Positions 8,531-17,400 of a DNA stretch of 49,631 bases are shown here, one piece after another; within the stretch, counting starts at the first letter, position 1, and each line of letters opens with the position of its first letter. The notes under the pieces are model-generated. The model searched no databases and was not told the DNA's origin. It saw only the letters and a list, made by a program, of their open reading frames with translations. The DNA is taken from positions 1 to 49,631 of IMG/VR virus record IMGVR_UViG_3300036985_009087, one strand, 5' to 3'. A program made the translations under genes and the position numbers. The DNA is from a virus. Taxonomy: Duplodnaviria > Caudoviricetes.

Positions 8531-9314
8531 CCTAATAGCAAAAATTACTGCTTCAGGTCAAATTCACAAACCTAGAAACCTCCCTATTCGGGAAATTATC
8601 GGAAATCAAGTCAAATTTGACATGAAGCATCCGATCGTCTTAACTAAGGCTAGAAATCTTAACTACAAGTTTATGGCTGCCGAAGCTTGGTGGATGCTTA
8701 GCGGCCGCAATGACACGGCTTCTATTGGAGAATACTGCAAAGCGATTCTAAAGTTTTCGGATGATGGCAAAACCTTTTTCGGCGCTTACGGCCCGAAAAT
8801 TTCGTCTCAGATTGACTATGTGGTCGGCAAGTTGAAGCAAGACCGCGAAAGTCGGCAAGCCGTCATAAACATCTGGAGAGAAAATCCACCGGAAACTAAA
8901 GACACGCCTTGCACAATTTCTGCGCAGTGGTTGATTAGAAATGGCGAGTTACACTGCATCGACACTATGCGTTCAAATGACGCGTGGCTAGGTTTTCCTT
9001 ACGACGTATTCAACTTCTCGATGTTATCCTGGCATATCATTAATGAGCTCCAAAAAGACGGGTTTAATGATCTTAAACTTGGCACTTTCACGCTGAATGC
9101 CGGATCGCACCATCTTTACGAGCCGGATTGTGAAAAGATTTATGCCCTATCGCTGATAGAGTGGTCTGGCAGTATAGACTTCAATATTTGCGCCGGCGGA
9201 GAATCCTGGCCAATCCTGGATCAACTGGCGTGGGTTTTAGGTAAAACTGAAAATCCAGAAGGCTCAAAAAGCGCATTTTTCACGGAGTTCAAATCGAAAC
9301 TTGTCTCCAAATGA
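8493..9314 (+). CDS. Thymidylate synthase homolog, probably a dCMP-type hydroxymethylase/methylase
   Basis: AYGPK, SRQAVINIW, catalytic DTPCT, MRSNDAWLGFPYD, GSHHLYE; Asp at the substrate-specificity position. Confidence 0.85.
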   Translation: MKPQKTATSAWFDLIAKITASGQIHKPRNLPIREIIGNQVKFDMKHPIVLTKARNLNYKFMAAEAWWMLSGRNDTASIGEYCKAILKFSDDGKTFFGAYGPKISSQIDYVVGKLKQDRESRQAVINIWRENPPETKDTPCTISAQWLIRNGELHCIDTMRSNDAWLGFPYDVFNFSMLSWHIINELQKDGFNDLKLGTFTLNAGSHHLYEPDCEKIYALSLIEWSGSIDFNICAGGESWPILDQLAWVLGKTENPEGSKSAFFTEFKSKLVSK

Positions 9315-11422
9315 AATTAGCCACCATCCAGAATCTGCAATGCCAGGACGTTTCGTTTGACCATCCGTGGACGTTCGAACCGAAAGTTCCGACTTTCAAA
9401 AATAAAAAAGCTTACAAAGAGTGGCTCGGTCAAGAAAACACGGAGCACATGCTTTACGGTGGTTTTACCGGACTCATAGCGTCCCTTAGAATCCACAAAG
9501 ATGCTAATGCCATACACTCGATGCAAGCTTTGGTGGCAGACTATGACGCCGAGATAAGTTTATCGGATATCGAGTCGATGCTTTCGCGGTGTGAGGCTAC
9601 TGCCCCAAATTGGGTTCACAAAACTCCTTCTGGAGGAGCCCGACTAGTTTGGTTAATCGAACGTCCGGTCTTGGTGGCTTCAATGCCAATATTAAACAAG
9701 GCCCTGAAAATGGCGGCGAAACAACTCGACTTGAAAGGACTCTTGCCGGGTTTTGACTATCAAAACGCGTTCTTAAATCCATCCATCTACTATGACGTCG
9801 GCAAGGACTGGATGGTTGTGGAAGGATCTGAGCCGCTTAAAGCAGCGCTAGCCGAAGGTTGGATGCTCAAATCTTCAGATAATATCGAATGGCGTGGAGA
9901 AACTATCCCGTTGGATGTTGTCGAGAAAAAAGTCCATGAGATGTTTCCAAATCGGTGGAACGGTCCGTTTTCTGAAGGTTCTAGAGGTTGCCGCTTTTGG
10001 GATCCAATGGCGGATAACCCTTCTTCGGCAATTGTGCGTCCTACTGGAATGCAATGTTTCACCGGTCCGTCAGGTTTTGTGCCATGGTCAAAGATTTTCG
10101 GTTCTAAATTTGTCGATCAATATACCGTCGAGAGACTCGGCGACATAGTCGACGGGATTTGGTATGATGGTTCGTCCTATTGGTACGAGTCGGCGGACAA
10201 AAAATGGGAAGCTCGGTCTGAACGCGAAATGTCGCGCTGGCTTAAAGTAGAACAAGGACTTTCAGGTGAAAAAGAGAAGAACGCGACGTTTTCCGAAGTC
10301 GACCACGCGTTATTCACAATAGACCAGCATAAACGCGTTATTGGCGCGGCCCCTTTTGTTTACCTTCCGGCAGGCATGATTGAGTTCATGAAAAAGCGCG
10401 TATTGAATACGGCTAGGGTCAAACCATTACCTCCAGCTCCACCCGTTGATGACTGGGCGCATGGTTTTCCATGGCTCGCGTCTTTCCTAGAAAAGTTCTT
10501 TTCTTGCGAAGACCAGTTGATGCACTTTTTGAGTTGGCTAAAACGGTTCTACGTTTCCGCCCTCGAAGGGGCTCCAAAACAGGGACAAGCGCTGTTTATT
10601 GCCGGTGAACCGGGTCAAGGAAAAACCTTACTTTCAAACCGCATCATTTCGGGTTTAGTCGGCGGGCACCAAGACGCGACTCAATTTTTACTAGGGGCTT
10701 CTAATTTTAACAAAGAACTTTTCCATCACGGTCTGTGGACGGTCGACGACGCAACTCCAGGTGACAATGCCGCGGACCATAAAAAGTTTTCCAGTCTGTT
10801 AAAGAAAGTCACCGCGAATACGACATTCGAGTATCACGCCAAATTCCAAGATTCAGTAATGGTCGAATGGACAGGCCGCGTAATCATTACTGGCAATTTG
10901 GACGCCGAGTCACTAAGGATTTTGCCAGATTTAGACACCTCGATCCTCGACAAGATTATGCTTTTCAAGGCCGCGACTATCGATAAAAAATTTCCTGACC
11001 GCCATGAGTTGCAAAATACGATCAATCGCGAGTTGCCTTACTTAGGCGCGTGGTTAACCGAATACCAAATTCCCGAAGAGTACTTCGGAGAGACGCAGCG
11101 CTACGGCGTAAAAAGTTATCATCATCCAGAATTACGGCATGCGGCGGGCGAATCCACGGATGCCGCGGTACTCGATGAAATATTAGATTCGTTTTTAGAG
11201 CAGCGAAAAAAGAATCGCGAACCCATTCCTTGGAGTGGTACTGCCACACAACTCATGCAGGACATTTTTGTCGACGACATTTTAAAAGGCATCGTTGGCC
11301 GCAATTCAGCGCGGTGGTTCGGAATTAATCTTGGAAAGCTTGAAGCGCGCGGCCGAGGCATAGAATCGAAGCGTTCCAACGGGAAAAAAATCTATATCGT
11401 AGGCCTAGAGAAAAAAAGTTGA
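9311..11422 (+). CDS. Primase-helicase (PrimPol-like N-terminus plus SF3/D5-like ATPase)
   Basis: VADYD and TPSGGARLVW primase-like motifs; Walker A GEPGQGKT, Walker B VDD, motif C ITGN. Confidence 0.85.
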   Translation: MKLATIQNLQCQDVSFDHPWTFEPKVPTFKNKKAYKEWLGQENTEHMLYGGFTGLIASLRIHKDANAIHSMQALVADYDAEISLSDIESMLSRCEATAPNWVHKTPSGGARLVWLIERPVLVASMPILNKALKMAAKQLDLKGLLPGFDYQNAFLNPSIYYDVGKDWMVVEGSEPLKAALAEGWMLKSSDNIEWRGETIPLDVVEKKVHEMFPNRWNGPFSEGSRGCRFWDPMADNPSSAIVRPTGMQCFTGPSGFVPWSKIFGSKFVDQYTVERLGDIVDGIWYDGSSYWYESADKKWEARSEREMSRWLKVEQGLSGEKEKNATFSEVDHALFTIDQHKRVIGAAPFVYLPAGMIEFMKKRVLNTARVKPLPPAPPVDDWAHGFPWLASFLEKFFSCEDQLMHFLSWLKRFYVSALEGAPKQGQALFIAGEPGQGKTLLSNRIISGLVGGHQDATQFLLGASNFNKELFHHGLWTVDDATPGDNAADHKKFSSLLKKVTANTTFEYHAKFQDSVMVEWTGRVIITGNLDAESLRILPDLDTSILDKIMLFKAATIDKKFPDRHELQNTINRELPYLGAWLTEYQIPEEYFGETQRYGVKSYHHPELRHAAGESTDAAVLDEILDSFLEQRKKNREPIPWSGTATQLMQDIFVDDILKGIVGRNSARWFGINLGKLEARGRGIESKRSNGKKIYIVGLEKKS

Positions 11423-11473
11423 AAAAAAAGTATGTACGATAGCTAGCAGCCTGATAGCATAGCTCTCGTCATG
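11421..11473 (+). promoter_or_regulatory. Early promoter, copy 2
   Basis: AAAAAAAAGTATGTACGATAGCTAGCAGCCTGATAGCAT: -35-like TGTACG, 16 nt, extended -10 TG-A-TAGCAT; GTCATGAG start. Confidence 0.65.
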
Positions 11474-12403
11474 AGCATACCAGACATACAAATCGGTTCA
11501 CCTGTCGCCGTCAAGGTCCAAGGTGAAGTAGTCAACGCCACCTACCAAGGCTGGTCAAACAAATACAGCCTCGCTATTGTCGAGGTCAACGGGCAACGGC
11601 TTTACCGCAAGTTGCAAAACTCACCTACTTCTTCGAAGCAAACCGTAGTTCCAAAGAAATCGCGCTTCGATATCAACACGCGCTTCGACTTCATCGAGCA
11701 AGTCGTCGACATGGTGGTGTCTGGCGAATCGAAGTCTGTGATCATCACCGGCGACGGTGGCCTTGGAAAAACGCACACCGTTATGGACCGCTTGACTAGT
11801 CAAGGTCTTGAGTGCGCGGATGTCGTGCTTGACAGTGACGACGAAGAAGACGACGGTACAACTAGACGCGGTGCCGGCGACTACGTCGTCATCAAAGGTT
11901 TTGTGACAAGCCGAGCGCTTTACGATCTTCTCTATGAGAACCGCGACCGGCTCATCGTATTTGACGACTGCGATTCTGTCTGGGAAGTGCCTACTTCGGT
12001 ATCGCTGCTCAAAGCGGCTTTGGATTCTTACGACAAGCGCACGATCTCCTGGCTCACGGCCACGTCTCCTGATATACCGCGCTCCTTTGAGTTTACCGGC
12101 CGCGTCATATTCGTGTCGAACTTGCATCTTGGCGAACTCGACCAAGCTGTACTTAGTCGCTGTCTCTATGTGGACGTCAGCATGACGACCGAAGAAAAAA
12201 TCGAGCGCATCCGCCATGTAGCTCCCCGCGTCCGACCTGACATGACGAAAGATGCCAAAGACGAAGTCATCGAACTACTCGACTCCGTCCGAGATCAGAT
12301 CGGCGACCTCAATATCCGCACCTTCCTCAAAGCCTGCGAAATCCGCAATCGCAATTCCGCCAATTGGCGCGACCTCATCGAGTACGTAGTCACCGCATTC
12401 TAA
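11471..12403 (+). CDS. P-loop (AAA-like) ATPase with small N-terminal beta domain
   Basis: IITGDGGLGKT Walker A, IVFDDCD Walker B, VIFVSN, AVLSR arginine finger. Confidence 0.85.
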   Translation: MSIPDIQIGSPVAVKVQGEVVNATYQGWSNKYSLAIVEVNGQRLYRKLQNSPTSSKQTVVPKKSRFDINTRFDFIEQVVDMVVSGESKSVIITGDGGLGKTHTVMDRLTSQGLECADVVLDSDDEEDDGTTRRGAGDYVVIKGFVTSRALYDLLYENRDRLIVFDDCDSVWEVPTSVSLLKAALDSYDKRTISWLTATSPDIPRSFEFTGRVIFVSNLHLGELDQAVLSRCLYVDVSMTTEEKIERIRHVAPRVRPDMTKDAKDEVIELLDSVRDQIGDLNIRTFLKACEIRNRNSANWRDLIEYVVTAF

Positions 12404-12430
12404 TCAAACCAACCACAAAAAAATAATACC

Positions 12431-12595
12431 ATGAAACAACCATACGAAAAACTCGGCTTGTCCGAAACAGCATTCCTCTTGGCGTATAGTCAAGGCTACC
12501 GCGAAGCGTTCAACAAACCTGAATGCTCATATAAAAAAGGAACGGCGCTTCGCCGCGCATACGACAAAGGTCGCAGAGAAGCTAAGAAGTTCTAA
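12431..12595 (+). CDS. 54-aa protein with Rmf-like (ribosome modulation factor fold) signature
   Basis: Translated by hand: MKQPYEKLGLSETAFLLAYSQGYREAFNKPECSYKKGTALRRAYDKGRREAKKF. Below the ORF-track cutoff. Confidence 0.6.
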   Translation: MKQPYEKLGLSETAFLLAYSQGYREAFNKPECSYKKGTALRRAYDKGRREAKKF

Positions 12596-12623
12596 TTTGG
12601 CCGGTCGCGGCCTAAAACTTTTT

Positions 12624-12739
12624 TAAAAAAAGTATGTACACTAGCTAGCAGCTTGATAGTTTCATCCTTGAAGCGAGGGTGACCGAGCTTCAAAAACCAA
12701 CCAACAAAAACCAACCAACAAAAATAGAAAGCAAATAAA
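12624..12739 (+). promoter_or_regulatory. Early promoter, copy 3, with 5' stem-loop and A/C-rich leader
   Basis: AAAAAAAGTATGTACACTAGCTAGCAGCTTGATAGTTT, near-identical to copy 2; stem TTGAAGC(12668-74)/GCTTCAA(12687-93); tandem CAAAAACCAACCAA x2 (12691-12718). Confidence 0.65.
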
Positions 12740-13585
12740 ATGAACATCCGCATCACACCTGACAGCATCCGCAACCTCGCTCCCTTGAGCAACGACCAAC
12801 TCAGCACAATGGCGCCCGCCATCTTCTCCAAGAAAGCAGCGCCTGACGTTAGCGACCGCTACTCGTTTGTGTCCACCGCTGAGATCCTCCCGGTTCTTCG
12901 CGACCACGGCTTCCAACCAGTCGCCGCTGCTCAGCGCGGTAGCCGCAACTTCGGTGTCCACCGCGTTGAACTCTTCCACGAGAATCACCTCAAGGGTCTC
13001 ACTTCCGGCAAGCTTGAAGAAGCTCCTCGCTGGATTCTCAACAACAGCCACGACCGCACAACTCGCCTCAATCTGATCGGCGGTTTCTTCCGGTTCGCTT
13101 GCTCAAACGGCATGATCGTCGCTTCTGGCGTCACTGCGTCACTTCGTATGCTCCACATCTCGCTGGACGATGCGGCTATCCGCACGGCAATTAGCGGCAT
13201 GTCGCAAATGCTCGACGAGACCACGAGCCGCGTGGCTGACTTCCGCAATCGCAAACTCAGCAAGATCGAGCAAAACCTCCTGGCTAACTATGCGGCCGAA
13301 GTCCGCTACGCCGGTTGGAATTCGGTCCCAGTCGAAGCCAAAGACTTTTTGGCTGTGCGCCGTAACGAGGACCGCGGCGAAGATCTGTGGACGGTGTTCA
13401 ACCGCGTCCAAGAAAACAGCACCCGCGGAGGTATCGCGACTCGCAATGGCCGCGTCACCCGCCCGCTCAAATCGTTCTACGCTGACGTAACCGTTAATCG
13501 TCGCCTTTGGGCCGGTGCTGAAGCCATCTTTGAAGGTGGTGCTTCAGGTATCCAAGCCCTCCGCAAAGAACTCGCCAAAAACTAA
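12740..13585 (+). CDS. DUF932/DUF945 family protein
   Basis: APAIF, SDRYSFVST, LNNSHD, GFFRFACSNGMI, DLWTVFNRVQEN. Confidence 0.9.
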   Translation: MNIRITPDSIRNLAPLSNDQLSTMAPAIFSKKAAPDVSDRYSFVSTAEILPVLRDHGFQPVAAAQRGSRNFGVHRVELFHENHLKGLTSGKLEEAPRWILNNSHDRTTRLNLIGGFFRFACSNGMIVASGVTASLRMLHISLDDAAIRTAISGMSQMLDETTSRVADFRNRKLSKIEQNLLANYAAEVRYAGWNSVPVEAKDFLAVRRNEDRGEDLWTVFNRVQENSTRGGIATRNGRVTRPLKSFYADVTVNRRLWAGAEAIFEGGASGIQALRKELAKN

Positions 13586-13592
13586 CTGGCCA

Positions 13593-13633
13593 GAAGGGTC
13601 CGGGGTAAATTCCCCGGGCCCTTCATTTTTTTT
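13593..13633 (+). terminator. Rho-independent terminator
   Basis: GAAGGGTCCGGGG-TAAATT-CCCCGGGCCCTTC stem (one G-U pair) followed by a T-tract. Confidence 0.85.
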
Positions 13634-13634
13634 G

Positions 13635-13676
13635 TTTACACCCTATAAGCAGCTAGCTATATTCTCCACTGTCATG
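13635..13676 (+). promoter_or_regulatory. Sigma70-like early promoter, copy 4
   Basis: TTTACA-17 nt (containing AGCAGCTAGC)-TATATT, then GTCATGAG start 10 nt later. Confidence 0.65.
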
Positions 13677-14411
13677 AGTACACAAAACACCAATAGCCAA
13701 ATCCTAGACAAAATCCGCAATCTCCTCAAAATGGCCGACCCCGCCAACGGTGCTACGACCAATGAAATGGAAATTGCTTTCAAAAAAGCCCGCGAATTAA
13801 TGACTCGCCACGGTATTGAGCAGATGCAACTCAACGAAAATCCCGAGGACAACACGATCGGCCAAGAACGCATCAATACTGGCCGCCGCAAACGCGACGA
13901 GGACCGCTGGATTCCTGCCGTAATCCACCAGGTCTTCGACGTCAAAGTTATCTACTCTGCGCAGTGGGACTCGGCGGCCGGTAAAACTGGTAGCTACCGG
14001 CATGTCTACGTATTCATCGGTGAAAGTCTCGATGTGCAAGCCGCCAAAATTGCTTTGCCTTTGGTTTACGAAGCCATGAAAACAGGTCTAAACCGGTACC
14101 TTAAAATGATGGACGTCTCGTGGAATTCTACGGTGGCCAACTCATTCTTTCGCGGAGTCGCTGACGGTTTCATCAAAGAATCAACGCATGGTCGCCAAGC
14201 CGCAATGCGTAAATTCAAGCAAGAAGAACAAGATCGCTTTGCGATCGTTCTCGCCGACAAGAAAAAACGCATCTCTGCCTGGGTCGACCAGAATATGAAT
14301 GTGACTGCCGGACGCCGTAGTACTAGTCGTGCTCGGCATGATGAGTCCGCTCACCACTACGGTCGCCAAGTCGGCGCCGCAATTGACTTCACCACGAAGA
14401 TTGCCGCCTGA
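13674..14411 (+). CDS. DUF2786 domain protein
   Basis: ILDKIRNLLKMA...EMEIAFKKARELMTRHGI; SFFRG and G-x-x-x-G C-terminal motifs; start moved to the ATG after the terminator and promoter. Confidence 0.85.
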   Translation: MSTQNTNSQILDKIRNLLKMADPANGATTNEMEIAFKKARELMTRHGIEQMQLNENPEDNTIGQERINTGRRKRDEDRWIPAVIHQVFDVKVIYSAQWDSAAGKTGSYRHVYVFIGESLDVQAAKIALPLVYEAMKTGLNRYLKMMDVSWNSTVANSFFRGVADGFIKESTHGRQAAMRKFKQEEQDRFAIVLADKKKRISAWVDQNMNVTAGRRSTSRARHDESAHHYGRQVGAAIDFTTKIAA

Positions 14412-17400
14412 CTTCGCGCATCGCGTCGCGTACCATATCTTCCCATTCCTCTTCGGTTGACGAAGAGCGGTAGACACCCCGCCGCCTGAGAAGTTCCTCA
14501 GCGCGGCGGCGATCGTTTAACCAGGCGTCACGGTTAAAAGAGCCGTCGTCGTTAGAATACCGAGGGTTATATCCTGGCATATAGGACGCTTGAGATAATG
14601 GGCCTCTGTCTGTATTAGGTAATGCTGTTTCGGCAAGACCTGGACCATCCTGGTTAATAGGAGGCCCCATTTCTTCGGGTATAAAGTCCGAATCTAGCAA
14701 AACTTGGCTGAGGTCTTTTGGAAGTGCTTTTGAGCCTGCACCAGCAACTGATTCGAGCTTGATGTAAGTTGTGCCTCCTTTGTTTTGATTCGAAACAACA
14801 CGGAATTCTGTGTTTGGTGCTATGGCAATTTCAGATTCAATATTTTCGCCAGTAATTCCACCAACATCTATTGCGTTTGCTCCTTTTTTAAGATCAATTG
14901 TGTAATAAACAAGCCTGTCACTCTTGTTCAACTTTGTCTGGAATTTACTTTCAACTTTGTCCTTGTCCAGTGAAGCTGATGTTATTCCTCTGTCGCTTAA
15001 AATGTCTCCTTTTTTGAGTTGGAAAATTTCATCTCGCTTGCCAACTGGAAGAACAACACCTCTGTATACAGTTTGATCTTCTGGCAAAACTGATTTTTGG
15101 AATGCAGAAAGAAGATCTTCTATGTATTTTTGCCCCAATTCATCATTCCAATAATCTTTGTATTTTGGTTGGCCATATCTAAGGACTGACTGAATGTTTG
15201 AATATCCACCAACTTCAGAACTGTAAGTTCCATTCTGATATTCCTTTACTGCATCAACTTCTTCTTGAGAAATCGGCATATAGGAAATGTTCGGCGGCAC
15301 CACGCTGCGCATTTCGTCGCCGGATTTTTTCCACTTTCCAGGAGAATAGTTTCCGAACTTTAGTGGTTTTTCGTCAAATAACTTTTCGCGAACGCGGGCA
15401 GCATCTTCAGATACGGTGTGCGAGTAAAGGTATTTTTTCTTAAGCTGTTTTGCGATCTTTGCAATTTCGCGGTATAGAGCCTGGCCGTAACCGCGTCCTC
15501 GATATTTTTCTTCGACCCAACTTCTTCCTATAGTGATCGTGCTTGGACTGTCATGCAGATAAATATCGGCATCTCCGATCAACTTTCCATTTGGCAGTAG
15601 AATCCCTACCCGAGCGACTTCAAAAAATTCTAATTGCTCGTCAGTTGGCTTATTGACTTTGTATTTTGGTAGATTTTTCTTTGTGCGGTTAAGCGCCGCT
15701 TGAGTTGGCATGAAACTTGGAATCCCTTGCGCAACTTTACTAAGTGATTCTCCCTTGCCAAAATAGCGGTGGACATTGAGTGGATTTGTATTTTTTACAA
15801 GTACTTTGATAGAACCCGACTCGCTAGATCCTAAAGCCTCGGCTTCGACATCGTCAGCCACAAAAGCTTCATTTAATAGTTTTACTAAGGTCGACGTATC
15901 ATTCGAATCCACCGCGTTTCTAACCTGACTGGATTTTTCGTAATACGACTCGTATTCTTCTGGATTACGCCAATTCCTTCTAGCATGAGCCATTAATTTA
16001 TTCTCGGTAGAATCCGGATCTAACTCGATCGTAAAATCTCGGTCGGCGTAAATTGATGTCTCGACTCTTTCCGGGGTCGAATCTTCTCCGTAATCCCGAT
16101 AAATTGCGGCTATCGTCACCAGTTTTTTTCCAGGCCGCGCGATAAGCTCAGATTCATTGACATAGCGACTACTAGCGTTTAGTTCGGAAACGTCAATGGC
16201 CACGGAGTCTGAATCCAATACCGTCGACAATACTAACCCGTAGTCTCCTGGAAAACCTTTGCGATTATCTTTTTCGGCTTCAGATTTATTGCGCAGCCAT
16301 TGCATTGTCGACGCAAAACTATCCATTCCGGTATTGCTTATCTTTGTGGCAAATCTGACGGCGACTTTAGGATCCGTTGACCAAGACTCGTATGCCGATG
16401 AATCGACTTCTAGCGTGTCTCCTACTTTCAACCCTTCGATAAGAGGACCGTTTAGTGCAATTCCTCTAAAAGATTCTACAGGTTCTCCGGTGTACGGTGC
16501 CGCGCCTTCGATACGCCAGAGTTCATTGCTCTGCCGGTTTTCGTTAACATAGTTGCTGATAATCTCGGCGATTTCTTTAGTGTTAAAACTTTTCGGGTCA
16601 TTAAGAAGTCTAGTGACCGATGAACGCGCGCGTTTTATATCTGCGGCATCCCCATTTTTAACGGATCTATTCAATTCCCGCAACCACGAACTAAGTTCTG
16701 AACTAGGTAAAGATCTTCCTTGTCGGGGTTTTTGCTCTTGCATGAACACCGAAAATACCGGGTCCGCGGCGATAGCGGCGAAATCATTTTCATTACCGGT
16801 TTTTACATATCGGGCGACCATGTCTTTAAGTCGGTTTCGATCCCGAAATGCGGCGTTTACGCTCTGCATGTGTTCCGGCGTTAATCCAACTTCGCTTAAG
16901 ACCGTCGGCATGAAAGATCCAGCGGGTCCGCCAAAGTCAGAGGATAGTCGCAGGTCTCTATCAACATTTCGACTATATGCTCTAACATCCCGGGCATTTG
17001 CAATGAGATTAAAGGCCGCCATGAGATCGGGAGCATTGCTAAACTTAGAAAACAGGAGTTCGTCGGTATTATGGATAGCGTTATTTAAACGGTCCATATA
17101 GAAAAGCCGCTGATCTCGCGTTTGAGCGCCTTCTAAACCTTTTAAGAATTCGGTAACAAAATTCCAAACGTCATTTCTGCAGCGCATATCACTGCGGTAT
17201 GTTCCGCGCATAAGTTCATCTAGTTGACTAGCGGACTTCGCGTTTTTCAAAGCTTCCTTTGTGACAAAAGGATCTACGCGGCCTCGGCGAATATACTTGT
17301 TGATTTGATTTTTGACAAGATCCGAAAACACATTAAGGTAGAGATCTTTGTATTTTTTGATGTACTCGTTCTGCAGAGACCGTCCGTATTCATTTCCAGG

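Noticed and set aside
11621-12217. 198-aa antisense ORF, and similar antisense ORFs over the early and PATR genes
   Set aside because: They lie wholly opposite motif-bearing genes and are explained by codon bias leaving the reverse frame open.
13515-13673. N-terminal extension of the DUF2786 ORF in the track
   Set aside because: It runs through the upstream gene end, terminator and promoter; ATG 13674 fits better. The same logic applies to the track starts at 1538, 41431 and 49461.
14670-14695. DFIP as a seventh junction motif in the giant protein
   Set aside because: It lacks the Met and the S/N at -1; it may be a degenerate copy but is not supportable.
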